Source: Schmidtea polychroa
Lineage: Eukaryota
Length of the DNA stretch: 64,000 nucleotides
Reading direction: 5' to 3'
NCBI GenBank assembly: GCA_044892525.1
Contig: CM097885.1
Location: forward strand, 15,006,001 to 15,070,000
The notes beneath the pieces are model-generated. The model worked only from the letters and a program-made list of their open reading frames with translations, did no database searches and was not told the origin of the DNA. Of the stretch, positions 1-12,985 are shown in pieces; within the stretch, counting starts at the first letter, position 1, and each line of letters opens with the position of its first letter. The translations under genes were made by a program, and so were the position numbers.

Positions 1-1480
1 AATCCTTGAAAGTAACAACTTGGAAAGTTCATAACGATGCGTCATCTCGTATTTGTAAATATACTAATTTTAAATCAACGACAACAATATTTTCAACATA
101 TCTCCGCCATTTCTTATTTTTTCTAACATACATCTGCTTGCGCATTGTAACTTGAAACGTATTCGTTGATTTTTTGATAGTTTAAGACTGGTTTCACTTT
201 TGTTGAATTACCGCCATTAAAGAAAACATCGCCTTCAAGTCGCCTCTATAAGGCTGCAACCATCCATTGTTGGTCCAACCTTCCACAGCCTCATTAAATT
301 CATTATTGTACTGATGTATAGAAATCATCAGCGCCTCTGGGGCGTACTAGATCCAATTCAAATTCACAACTCATACCCTTCCAAGAAATTCTTGTCATCA
401 ACGTAACTAACGGAATTCTTCTTGACTACATCAGTCCATGTTCATTTGCTTTGATATCCACACCTAACCACTCAGTCAAATAGTAGATTTCTTGTCGCAA
501 TATATTCAGTCCCCAGTTCCACTTTGGTTCCTCGCACAATCACATCCATTCTTAACAGATTTTTACTTCCCGGAGCGATGTTAGGTGTAACTTAAGCATT
601 TAAATTAATTTCATTACCCAGGACGTTCATCGATACATCTCTCACACAGCAAGTCAACTTATCACACCAACCAGCTTTATATTTCTTCTGACTCTGGAAC
701 TGTAGTAACCTTCCATCATAGTTTACAAGCACACCTTATCCAAAGTGCTCGTTTACTCATGCCATCAACTTGAAATAATTTTATTGGCACTCGAAAATCC
801 GGTCGTGCAGTTGGATCTACCATATTATTTTCAAAATGAGTTTACAATTTCTTGCGTAATGGTCAGGATTGCCACTCTTATGGCATTTGAAATGCGTGCA
901 TTGAGATCTTACACGACCATCTTTACCACATCCGTATCTTTTCACGTGACTGCTGGGAGTGGCACAGGCATGGTTCGTTGAGTCCAATTCATAAGATGTT
1001 CACGGAAACTTCGTCCTGCGTAATAGTTGTGACAAAGGAATTGAAAGAGCACCAGGCCTGCTAGGTCTTGTGGTAGAATACTTACAAAAAATAATCTTAA
1101 CAAGTTATCTGGTTTTTTCCCAACGATTTCGATCAACGCTCTGAGAATCCCCAAATGCACACGCAGATTTTTATTTAAATGCCACTAAAATTTCTTTAAT
1201 TTAGCTCCTGATATCCATGGCATTTTACCAAATGTTTTTTCCAATGTTAAGAGCACATCTTCTAATGAAATATTATTCCCCAAACTTTTCCCAACATATA
1301 GAATATTCATTTCCAGGTGCACTAATGATAGAATCGCCAAGACTTTTGTTTCTCCAAACAATCTAGTAGCTTTTGTGTTTTCCTTGATAAATTCCCTGAC
1401 ATTCGCTTCATCATCCCCGCTTCAGCAATTACCAAGAAGCTGTATCAACTTTAACCCATTACCTCCCACTGTACTCACAT
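1..1480 (-). mobile_element. Degenerate Ty3/gypsy-type LTR retrotransposon internal region (gag, zinc knuckle, protease, start of RT)
   Basis: Manual minus-strand translation across frameshifts gives a decayed CCHC knuckle (FKCHKSGNPDHYARNCK, ~840-900), a protease-like VDGMSKRAL-D (~740-775), and RT N-terminal motifs KVKPVLNYQKINEYV and VVDLKLVYLQIR (~1-200). Many stops. Confidence 0.7.
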
Positions 1481-3146
1481 GGGTATACTTGTTAAAGTCG
1501 TGATTTCATGTTTTTATGATGATTATCCTGGAAGTAGTGACCCATTTCAACAATAGTCTAGGAAGAAATTCAATATGGCGGCAACGCAATGATAACCATC
1601 ATTAATTTCAGTTTGTTTTGTTCATAATAAATAACGATTAAAAGTAATTTTTACGTGTAGTTTTCTTTTGAGCGTTAATGGGTTAAAGGCCGCGATAGCT
1701 TGTGATTTTCCATTAAACTGAACAATAATGTTTATTAAAAGTACAATATTTTTTGAAAACTTCCTTTTTCTTAAGCCCAATTGTTTCAAAAGCATTCATA
1801 TGCAACAATTACAGAATAAATTTAGAATTTTAATGAACGATAACATTTGTTCCCTTTGTTAGTGAGAAATTTCCATTTCAGTCTTTATAAAAGAATATTT
1901 TAGCTTTATTTGTGATTATCCTTTTCGGTTTTTATTTTTTAATGAGAATTTCATTTGACTTTTTTAGTTAGAATTTTTAATAAAGGCTTTTTAAAACGAG
2001 ATTTTCATTTATAGTTTTATTTCCATGTCTTAAATAAAAATGCTAAATTAATTTTTTTAACCAAAACTGAATGTTATTTAAACTAATAAGATCTCGTTCA
2101 TTTCAATATTTGATTCTTTTTAAATTTACGTTACTCTTTTGAAATATTGCCTGAAAACATATTCCTTAATGTGTTCATTTTTTATTGAAATTGTTGCTTT
2201 ATTAATATTTAATTAATTTTATAAATTATAAACAAGTATAATGACCAGTGCATTATATTCATTAGTTTAAACAAAACAAATTTTAATATTATGAATGTAA
2301 TTAAGTATCTAATACTTCAAATGTTATAATGAGTAACGTAATATATTGTACAGCAATTATGACAATTGATTTCATTTTAACTGATGTCAGTACAGAATTA
2401 CACTTACAACGGATTATACTTTTCTAGTGCCACATCATTTTTGGAATTATAAGAAAGCAATTGATATGACAACCAAATGAATTAAAAATTTTTAATGAAA
2501 ATTAAGATATAACCATTCTATTTCAATCTAATCCATTTCTGCCAAGTCCCTTGATTTTTCTACTTGGAAATATTAACACAAAATTAACTTAACTGTAAAG
2601 TTTGAAAGTTACTAAAACTTACAGCTTTCACTCCTGGTACTTGCTAGTCTTTGCCCGTTTAATTACAGATATTCCTATTTTGTTTATTCAAAATTAAATG
2701 CATGATTGTTATTAAGTAAAGTACGAACTTCAAGTCTAGAAATAATATTTATATATCAAACAACTTATTCAAGTATTGTTCAAACTATTTCTAAATAAAG
2801 TATCCAATTGATTCCATGAATTTGCCAAGTGACCTTTAACATCCAGTCTAACTCTAGAGTATTTCAACAGTTTCATTTAAAACATTACCATAAATATATG
2901 TGTGAATTAGTGAATCTCCATCAATATCTTGATATTTCTACGAAATATTTATGTAAATGAAAAATGTATACATTGAAATTTATAATTTTAATAAGAAGAA
3001 ACAAATTTTAGTTTTTTAATTATTTTAAATTTGTTTTTTGTTTTATTAATCCATTATTTAATTGCATGGCTATTATAAATGTGATCATTCTGGATGTTTT
3101 AAAAATAGTTTTACATTTCTTTACATTTTGTTTAAAATTGAATTAT

Positions 3147-4123
3147 TCAAATAAAATATCTTATATAGTAAAGCATACCATATTTAGTATATAGTAACTG
3201 TTTCAGTTTCTTGGCAATTATCTCACTTATCATGAAACTCGCCTTCACAACACACTCAACCTCTTTATTAACTTTGATAAAGAATGTCTGTTGCCCTAGA
3301 AGTGCTTTTCGGAGAGATTTGATCCTATCTTTCCTTAATTGTCCCTGTATCTGATCGAACTTTTCTGCATGCTGAGTCTGGTAATGCCGTCTTACATTAA
3401 ATTCCTTTTTAACGGAAATTGATTGCGAGCAAACAAGACAAACGAGCATATTGTTTGATTCTACAAACAGATAATCCGATGTCCACTTATCATTAAATAC
3501 TCGGTGTTCACTGTCAACTTTTCGTTTTTTTGTAATAGTGCTCATCCTCAACTGTGGTTGAAATTGCGTATTTTTTTTATAATATAAACATAAAATTATA
3601 AGTTTTGTTCATAGAGGTAGTGAACATAATTTTTGATAATTGAACTGTTGGCTAAAGGAGTTTTATTGTACAACCTCACCTGCCTAATAATATGACAACA
3701 AGGGCATTAATGCATTCATTCCAGTCACACTCATCCTCACAGTTAAGAGAGAGCTACTAGTACATCCTAACCTCTCCTACAGTATTGAATAAAGGCCAGC
3801 TATTAGAGTAGCAGTAGCACACCAACGAACTTGGGATCATCTTCAGCCCTGCACAATTATACGCTCTACATGAAAGTTGGAAGTTTCCTTAATAGAATAT
3901 AACTAAATACTTCACAGTGAGGTGTAAATGTGGAGAGGTGACCGGAAGTTTACTGCTGCACCACCACGCTTATATTAAATGCGTATTTGTACTAATGGTG
4001 TAGCTCTAACGTCAACTGCATACATTCCTGAAAGCTTATCAAGGGCCTGGTTATATGGTGTGGATCAATGAACACTGGGGGCCGGTCAAAAGAGGCTCGC
4101 GGGCCGTATGTTGCTCATGCCTG
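3147..4123 (-). mobile_element. Truncated hAT transposon (SPIN/GTF2IRD2-like): 5' TIR plus transposase N-terminus
   Basis: ORF 3147-3551 has KRKVDSEHRVFNDKW...VCLVC...FNVRRHYQTQH, typical of this family. The minus strand starts CAGGCATGAGCAACATACGGCCCGCG at 4123, a hAT-type terminus. Confidence 0.8.
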
Positions 4124-4371
4124 ATATAGTTCATTAGTTGGGAGAATCATTGCTACAATTTTATACATTTTAGCCTTTTAAATCATAAATTGAGTAATTT
4201 TTAATGTTTTTTAAACGAAAAATTTGCAACCATGGACAAAACAAATTTTTACTTCAGATCAAAGTCATTTTTTCTATTAGATATACGGTGTTTTATGTAC
4301 ACAATCCGTGACCCATTATGAGGTTGAAAGGCATGAAACTGGCGTTGAGTAAAAATAAAAAACAAAAAGCG

Positions 4372-4760
4372 CTAAGTTTCATGTTTGTCAACAGTGATTG
4401 AAGGTTTATGTGATCGTGCGTTATCATGCAGTAATTTTGTGCCGTGCCGATTGGGTAATACTGGTTGTTTTTTCATAAGTTTCTCATGCATGACATCAAT
4501 TTCATGGTAATAGGATACCGCTGTTATGGTATCACCTGGTTTTAGGAAGGAATAATGGATCACACCTTTGGCATTCCACCATACCTTGACAATAACTCTT
4601 TCCCCGTGAATATTCGGCTTAGATGTATATCCTGGCGGTGTATTCTTATCTACCAATTTGTTTGGACTTTTTTGTTATCATATGAAATCCATTGTTCATC
4701 ATAAGTGATAATTTGGTGTAAAAATAATAATCGTTCATTGCGAAGCAATAAAGATGCGCA
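4372..4760 (-). mobile_element. mariner transposase fragment
   Basis: VWWNAKGVIHYSFLKPGDTITA and LLHDNARSH motifs; FLHQIITYDEQWISYDN lies upstream in another frame. Confidence 0.85.
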
Positions 4761-5001
4761 TATATATGAATTATTGTTGTTGTTAGGTTATATATTTATT
4801 AAATTATAAAATTGGATAATTTTAATATTTAGTATTTTAAAAAAGATTTTTATAATTGTTACAATTTCAAAAATAATTTATTATTTAAATTATAATTTTT
4901 GTAATTTTTGAAAAATAAAATATTTTTATTAAAAATTTGATATAACTAATATAATTTATAAATTTTTTTAAAAATCTGTAATTTCTATAGTTATTATATC
5001 C

Positions 5002-5040
5002 TACCTGGCGAAGACATGAAAACTGTCGAAATATATCGTA
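5002..5040 (+). ncRNA. Minimal type I hammerhead ribozyme-like motif with an A6G core change
   Basis: TAC-CTGGCGA-A-GACA(tgaaaac)TGTC-GAAA-TATAT-C-GTA: stem I TAC/GTA, stem II GACA/TGTC, palindromic stem III ATATAT, C17. Confidence 0.6.
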
Positions 5041-5169
5041 AAACGAATGTTTGAGTGGTGCTTTCTTATAATTTCATTTAAATATTCTTTTTTACAAATT
5101 TCAAAATAGTACTTGTTTTAATTTTTTTAGTTTTTCTTAGGAATATTATTTTCTACATCATTTTCTTTA

Positions 5170-5340
5170 TATCTTCATCGATTTAGATATTAATATGTTG
5201 TGTCGTAACTTCAAATGGTTAATCATAGCAGTGGTTGAACTTTTCCATCCTATGTTCGTGTAGTAACTGCAACATTTGGCTTCCCAATTTTTCGTTCGTC
5301 TTTCTTAAAAAACTTCATTGCCTTGGATTTTTTGGCATGG
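5170..5340 (-). mobile_element. BED zinc-finger remnant of a hAT transposase
   Basis: Minus-strand translation AKCCSYYTNIGWKSSTTAMINHLKLRH. Confidence 0.45.
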
Positions 5341-5997
5341 AAATAACCAGATATGTAACTATATAAGAAAATCTGAATAATTTCAATTTACCTCTTCAAA
5401 TTACGCACCCACAAAATATTAAAAATAATAGATTTTATTTAAAACAAAACGATTTATTTTAATGGAACAATTACGAATATTTTTGAGCAATTTTTTGCGA
5501 CTGTTTTTCCAAAAGGCAACTAAAATAATCTCACACAAAAAACTATATAAAAATCCAATTCTTTAGAACTTTTTAAAAATTTCTTTTTAAGTGCTTTCCA
5601 TTTCTTTTCTTGCACACTTAATAATTTTTGTGCAAGAAAAATAGGAAACACTTTTTCTAAGCTTACTGACTGCCTTAACATTTTTGAAATTATTCGAATA
5701 TGGGGGGGAATATTTGAATATACAAATATCCGCAATGAGAAAACACCTTTATAAATTCATTTGGATATCGAAACCATGGATGAAATAAATATCTTGTAGA
5801 ACGGATAATTTGACGATAACGTTTATGTTTTAATATTCAAATACAGTATTGCTATGAAATGATTATTAAGCATTCGATGCCTTGCAAGATTTATTACATC
5901 ATATCACAGTCAACAATAAGTTGCATTGTATCTAAACTATTAATATTAACTATTAATAAAGCATCCAAAATAATTATATACTAAATTTACAATTCAG

Positions 5998-6123
5998 AAT
6001 CTTGCGCGAATGTAACTTGCCGCCTGGTGTCATCAATTTCGTGCCCTGTGATGGGCCACTGTTTGGCAAAACAATAACTCTCAATCCTAATTTAGCTGGT
6101 ATAAACTTTACCGGCAGTGTTAA
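5998..6123 (+). CDS. ALDH4A1: Delta-1-pyrroline-5-carboxylate dehydrogenase, internal exon (earlier exons not found in the window)
   Basis: AG/GT bounded; ILRECNLPPGVINFVPCDGPLFG...LAGINFTGSV (NAD-binding FTGS motif). Confidence 0.9.
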
Positions 6124-6175
6124 GTAACTGCAATATTTTGAATGGATAGTTATTTATCTGTGGTTTATTCTTCAG

Positions 6176-6249
6176 TACATTTCGCGTTTTATTGGAAGCA
6201 GTAGGAAAGAATACGAGAGAATACTTGTCTTTTCCAAGATTAATTGGAG
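6176..6249 (+). CDS. ALDH4A1: P5C dehydrogenase exon
   Basis: TFRVLLEAVGKNTREYLSFPRLIG; phase-compatible with both neighbours; preceded by a 52-nt intron. Confidence 0.88.
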
Positions 6250-6486
6250 GTTTCTTTTTCTATTGTTTTTGTATAAAATCAATTCATATTCTATATAAAT
6301 GTTGTTTAATCGATATTAAATGTTTATAGCTACTTTACTACAGGTATATTATTAGACATGGTGCTGGATGTTTTCCTTTTTTAATTTAGCTTTATCTGTA
6401 TCTTTATTTGTTACAAATTATTTATTCATATTGATTATTATTCTCCATATGAAAGGTAAATTATTTTACCTTTTAATTCATTTTAG

Positions 6487-6728
6487 AATGTGGTGGAAAA
6501 AATTTCCACTTCGTTCATGAAAGTGCTGATTTAGATAATGTTAGTTTGTCGACTGTTAGGAGTTCTTTCGAATATGCGGGACAAAAGTGTAGTGCGTGTA
6601 GTAGATTATATGTTCCAGAGAGCAAATGGCCAGTTTTAAAAGAAAAAATGATTGGGATTTTAAATCAAGTGAAAATTGATTCTCCACTCATCAAGGATAC
6701 ATTCTTCTCAGCTGTCATTGATAAAAAT
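6487..6728 (+). CDS. ALDH4A1: P5C dehydrogenase exon containing the catalytic Glu and Cys
   Basis: ECGGKNFHFVH...FEYAGQKCSACSRLYVP; bounded by ttttag and gtaaat. Confidence 0.93.
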
Positions 6729-6888
6729 GTAAATTTTATTTGATAACTTTTTTATGACTTCAGATATATTCATTTGCCACCAATTATTATTATCATTATC
6801 ATTTTTATTACTTATTATTATTTTTTATTATTTATTGCTGTTTATTATAATTTATTATTACACTTATGGTATATTAAATATTTCAATA

Positions 6889-9036
6889 CAGTCGATTCCG
6901 CTTAATTGGGACACATCGGAACTTGGGCATTTTGTCCCAATTAAGCGAATTTCACATTTTTTTTAATTCATTGATTTGTTTTTGGCAACTAAGGCCATTA
7001 ACAAGTAATACACACATAAAATTAAACAATGAATATATTTTTTCAATAATTCTATTTTATAAACTCTTGGATATAATAAACTTTTAAGAAAAAAAAATTT
7101 CCTAATTAAAATAATAAATGGGTAAGGTACATACAATTTAATTCAATGCAAAAATGAGTCAAGTGTAGCCTGTCTTTTGTTTTTGTAATATTTCACTTGT
7201 ACAAAGTCAGCACAGATATTCAGTGCAGATGTAGATGCTCCCTTCATTTCCTTCCTGCATAAAATAACGCTGTAACACGGCCATACATTTTTTTGCCTCC
7301 TGGTTAGTCACAGGCACAGGTGACTCATCATCATTATCGTCATCTTCGTCTAATTTTTCATGTTTTCATTTAATACCTTCTACAATTGAATCCTCACAGT
7401 CTTCATTATCATCGTAACATGGTAAATTGTTATCTATTGTTGAAAACTCTTCATAGTTAATAATAGCAACTTGCAACGTATCCTCATATTCTTCATTTCT
7501 TAAAATTTCGGAAATATCTAAGGGTTTAAAGCCGCAATTAGTAAAACAGTTCTGTATTGTGGTGGTTTTTATAGCTCTCCAACTGTCAGTGACAAACTTT
7601 ATTGCTTGCAAAGGGTAATTTTTGAACTAATCTCTCTGGCTGTTGTGGAACTTGTTAATAAATTTTCATCAATGGATTCTAATATGTAATTAACCAATTT
7701 TCCACGATACAAAGTCTTAAAATTTTTTATTACCCCCATGTCCATTGGTTGCACTAACGATGTGGTATTAGGAGGAAGAAATTCCAGCTGTATATTTTTT
7801 AGATTGTCTAAATGAGGGTGTGCCGCACAATTGTCAACAAGCAGCAAAATTTTCTTTGTTTAAGTTGTAATTTTTGGTCCCATCTAGTAAGCCAATTTCG
7901 AAAAATTTCAGAAGTCAACCATGTATTTTTGTTTGCATGGTACTCCACTGGTAAACCCTCCATTCGTAACCCCTTAAAGCATTGAGGTCTAGCACTTTGT
8001 CATATGATCAGTAGCTTTCGTTTGTCAGTACTTGACATTTGTACAGCATAACACAGTAATGCAGTACATTGCCTTTTTATAACCCGACAGTACAATGTGT
8101 TTATAGCATAAAGAACCATCTGGCGTAGCACGATAATAGAGGCCGGTTTCATCAGCATTGTAAATGTCATCAGCACAAAAATTCTCAAAAAATGTAGGAA
8201 TTTTCGTAGTTTTCCACTGTTCGGCACTTTCGATTGCGGCACTGCCCTTTTCACCGTGCGCTTTTTGAAATTTAATATTGTGTCTTGCTTTCCATCGCGA
8301 TAACCAACCATCAGTTGCTTTGAAATCGTTGCGGCCCAGTTTTTAGCTAACTCCTCTGACTTCGCCTTCAATATTTGGCCATTGATATTTATTCCTCTGT
8401 CACTAACAATAGAAAACCATTGATCTAGTGCTTCTTCGACGTCTGGATCCTTCCCCTCGCGTCTTCTTTTGGATGTTCCTGCTTGTCCTTCTTGTAATAC
8501 CAATTCCTCGCGCAGTTGAGTTTCTTGTCGTAAGACACGCGATATGGTAGGTTTTGCTACACCAGTTATCTCAGCGATACGACGATAACTTGTATTAAGT
8601 GGCTGACTTTTTATTTTATCTAGCAAAGCAATTTTACTGGAAAGTGTCAAACCATTTCTTGGCATTTTGGCAAGGGTAAACTTTTTGAAAACTAAAATTG
8701 ACAAAAAATAAGTTCACGCACTGTTCACGTGCGAGGTGTATTGGTGAATGAAAAATAAGCAGCAAATGAGACAGTTGTCACGTGCCAGGTGTGTTGGTAA
8801 CTGAATAAGATCGGCGTGGCTTGGCGCCGCACCAATCAGCTCTGAGACAACGCATCATATCAAATTCTTTGTACATATTTTTTCTTGAGAATATGTGTAA
8901 CATAATATGTGTTGCGATCTTAAATTTACTGTCCCAATTAAGCGGAATGTTGTCCCAATTAAACATAAAATTACTATTGGTATCTTGGTTTGGTTTCGGT
9001 TCTTTGAGATTTTTCCCAATTAAGCGGAATCGACTG
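6889..9036 (-). mobile_element. Full-length pogo/Tigger-family DNA transposon with a frameshifted transposase, in an ALDH4A1 intron
   Basis: Perfect 23-bp TIRs CAGTCGATTCCGCTTAATTGGGA with TA on both sides. The transposase runs from ATG 8665 to ~7145, with HTH/CENP-B-like regions and DDE_1 motifs ([27 protein letters not shown]) split over several frames. Confidence 0.95.
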
Positions 9037-9397
9037 TATTTAGTAATTTCCTTGGTTGCTTTAATTATAAATTTTGATTAGCGTTATTTTGAATGGATGA
9101 AATTAAACCTAATACTTGTTAGGGATTCGGGAATTCTCGAGAATCTCGAATTTTGTCTAGAAAATTGTATAGTCAAAAAAATACGTGTTGTTAAAACAAA
9201 AAATTAAATGAGCCAGAATAAATCGTGCAAAATTAAAACAAAAAAGTTAGGAATAATTTTACTGTCAATTTTTATCAAAATAACTTTTCAACATACACAA
9301 ACAATCTAATGGCTTATCAGAAAAACGGGTTCTACTTGAAAAAGACTGCCGAAAATTCGTGAATATCAAAAACATCGATATATTTACTATTCATATA

Positions 9398-9552
<155 letters not shown>

Positions 9553-9656
9553 TTATAAGAACTTTTATTTCTTCCAATTTCACTACTGATTATTTTATCC
9601 ATTAAATTAAAAAGAGAGTGTGAAGACTATAAATCAGTAATATATCGATGTTTATT

Positions 9657-9699
9657 GATACTCACGAATTTTCGGCACTGCCTTTTTCAAGTGAATATC
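9657..9699 (-). ncRNA. Minimal type I hammerhead ribozyme, U3:A8 variant
   Basis: Minus strand reads GATATTCAC-TTGAAAA-A-GGC(agt)GCC-GAAA-ATTC-GTGAGTATC: 9-bp stem I (one G-U), 3-bp stem II, AATT palindromic stem III, predicted UUC cleavage triplet. Confidence 0.75.
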
Positions 9700-10121
9700 C
9701 TCGTATTTAAATATATTTCGAAAGTTGCCTTGATAAAGTAAAAGCCCATACGCATTTCTAAATCTCTATTCTGCAAATTATATTAAACATTCCAGAACCT
9801 TTATATGGCAATTTAAAAGATGTTTCCACAGGTAATTTATGACGCATGATAATTTTATGTTTAATTGTCAAATTCATGTTTTATGAAGCTAAATTTGCTA
9901 GAATAATTTATCGGTGTTTAATATTTTTCGTTACAAAAACAATTTTTTGTTTTGTGTTGATTTATTTGGTGGTATCTTTGGGGTATTTTATGAATTGATT
10001 GTTTGATTATTATTAGTTGCTTTGATTAATTCTACGATAGTACATTGGGTATCCATTTATGATGAAAAGTGAAGGTAAAATAGATACCGTTTAGAGATAA
10101 TATCTTAACAATAAAATAAAC

Positions 10122-10160
<39 letters not shown>

Positions 10161-10472
10161 TGAATATAGTTATTTCTCTAATGTAGAATATTGAATTCTA
10201 TATTCATTTATTTAAATTTCAATGCTTACTTAAAATGAAAATCCATTTCATGGAAACTAAGATGCTTACAGAAATTCTGAAACTCTTCTTTCTTTTGTTT
10301 CTAATTCGAAAAATATCGACCAAATGAATATTTATTGTGGATGTATAGAGTCTGAATGCTCTGGAAGACAATTAAGTAGATTCAATTTACTCTGGAGTTA
10401 CTAAACGGCTACGGTTTTCGTGGACTGGGCAGATTATTGGACATTTATTTGCATATTGGATGAGATTTGCGT

Positions 10473-11100
10473 ACCGTATTTCCCCGCATATAGTCCGCAT
10501 ACGCAGATAACCCGCACCCTCATATATGATGAATTCTACAATATTTTGTGATTGGTTAAAAGAAATAAATTCGCAAATGAAAAAACAGAACTGAAAGATA
10601 TTATTAATATTGGATAATGCCCCTGTACACCCCAAGGATAACAAGTTTCAAATGTCGAACTGCTCTTTTTCACTTCAAATACTACTTCAAAGATACAGCC
10701 GTTGGATCAAAGTGTCATTAAAGTTTTTAAAGATAAATACAAAATGTTTTTAAATCAAGGATGGAAGAAGATACTGAAATCAATTTTTGAAAATGTTTAC
10801 AAAAATTTGCCATTTTGGATGCAATTTTGACAGCAAGAGCTTGGGAAAATATGACTAAAGAAACGATTGTTTTAAAAAGGGCATTGAAAATTCCTATAAT
10901 TCAAATGAAGACGTTAAATCGAATGAAAACAAACAAGCACTAAATTTAAAAATTAATGAACTTTATGAAATACTTCCTGAAAACGATGATGATAGGCTCA
11001 ATTATATTATTAGAGAACATCTATCTAATAAAGAAGAAAAGTATCACAGGTGAAAATTCTATGAAAAATCCTATGAAAAATCCTATGAAAATTCTATACC
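10473..11100 (+). mobile_element. Decayed pogo/Tigger-like element
   Basis: TA-CCGTATTTCCCCG terminus; fragments ILILDNAPVHP and NTTSKIQPLDQSVIKVFKDKY. Confidence 0.7.
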
Positions 11101-11106
11101 TGTACT

Positions 11107-11742
11107 CAGTGCCGGATTTAGATCTGATAAGGCCCTAGGCTATTTGAAATATGGGGCCTTTATAAGGCCAGATATCATATCTCAGCGCCAAATATGATTT
11201 TCGGATACCTAGCGGGATAAACTGAAATAAAATTAAGAAATATAGGTAGTGAAATAATAAATCTTTAATTTTAAATGATTTTTACTCATAACAAACTTAA
11301 AAATGCAAACTCTGATAAAAAGAAGCAAAAGATCTTTTTAGAAAAACAATTTACAAAGGCTTATTGTCTAATCTCTTGATTCATGCTAAACTGAGTAGTT
11401 TATCACTTTCTATACACATGAGACTGAGGGAACATGATTTATCTTGAGTCATTGTTGTTTTAAATTCAGAAGCTGTCGAAATTTATCAGTAATCTCGGTT
11501 GTCATAATTATGGCTAAACAAACCCTAGGCACAATAGCGCTTTGCCTTTGTTCTTCGAATTGACGTCCTAAAAGAAATGGATGACGAGTATGGGACGTTT
11601 CAGACATGCGGCAGTAGGAAAAATAATGCTGCGGTATATTTAAGTCGACATGACAATTTCTCATTCGGACACTTTTTCTGGCGCTAAGAAAGCAATAGCC
11701 CTATGCTATAGCCTGTGTAGCCTATACGTAAATTCTGCACTG
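11107..11742. mobile_element. Non-autonomous hAT element
   Basis: TIRs CAGTGCCGGATTTA / CAGTGCAGAATTTA; flanks CCTGTACT / CCTGAACC (6 of 8 match, decayed TSD). Confidence 0.75.
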
Positions 11743-11917
11743 CCTGAACCTATAAAATCATTCGAAGCTTTTCATTTTGCTGGAAATTTTGAATCTTTGT
11801 TTCTGGAGTTTGTTCCTGAAAAATGATCATTAATATGGGAGATCAAAAAAATATAGATATTTCTAATAAAATAATCTGTGAGACTTGAAAATAATAATCT
11901 ACTTTGTTTACCTTTAG

Positions 11918-12170
11918 GCGTTTAATAGAATTAAAACATACATTGATTATGCCACGAATAATAACAAGTTGACAATAGAATATGGTGGGAAATGTGATGA
12001 TTCGATTGGATACTTTATACATCCGACAATTATTAGGACTTCCGATCCAGGCGATAAAATTATGAAAGAGGAAATATTTGGGCCGGTATTGGCTGTTTAT
12101 GTCTATCCAGATTCATCGATAGAAAACACTCTAGATTTGGTTGACTCTACAACTCCTTATGGTTTAACAG
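11918..12170 (+). CDS. ALDH4A1: P5C dehydrogenase exon
   Basis: AFNRIKTYIDYA...GGKCDDSIGYFIHPTI...MKEEIFGPVLAVYVY...TPYGLT; AG/GT bounded. Confidence 0.93.
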
Positions 12171-12985
12171 GTTTTATTATAAGTTTATTCATTTTAATAT
12201 ATTAATATTTATATAATAATATTTTATAATAAATCAATTATGTAACTCGTTCACTGTGATCTCGATGTTTGATGACTGATGTGGAAATATTTGTGTGTGT
12301 GCAATAATAAATAAGTTTGCATGTCTATTATTGATCTGTATCAATAATAACTCGTAAACTAATAATACTCAGTTTGGATTTTCAATTTAATGTTTCTAAT
12401 CCACAAATGAGTGTAAATAAAATTTAAATACACAAAAATTCGAGTGGAAAGTAATTAAAATTCTAAAAAAAATAAAGTACAAAAGTTAATTAAAAATTTG
12501 AAAAATCAATATTTTTCGGGAAAGGTATTTGCGGATTGTTAGGGATATTTAAATAATTAATTTATAAATAAAATATATATTATATTATAAGTAAAAGTAT
12601 AATAAGTATAAAAGCTGGCACGCATAATTAGCATTATTATTTAATTAATTAATTCGCCATTTAAATCGGGTGTTTTAATAATACCAGATTTAGGCAATAA
12701 TTTGTATTTTGTATTAAAAATAAATATTTGTAGATTACTAACTGGTTATTATTAACACGGATTGTAAACAAAAAGATGAATACGAGTATAATGATTACAA
12801 ATTGATTTGGAGTTCCAAGATAGATTTATTATTTAAATACAAATTAATTAAAATCTTGTTGACAACATTGATCATTTCAAACCTCTGAGCTTGACAAACA
12901 TAACAAACAAACCTGTCAATTGGTGGAAAATTATTTAAATTTATTTTAGACGAATATTTAAAAAAATAGTGATATATCTTATGAT

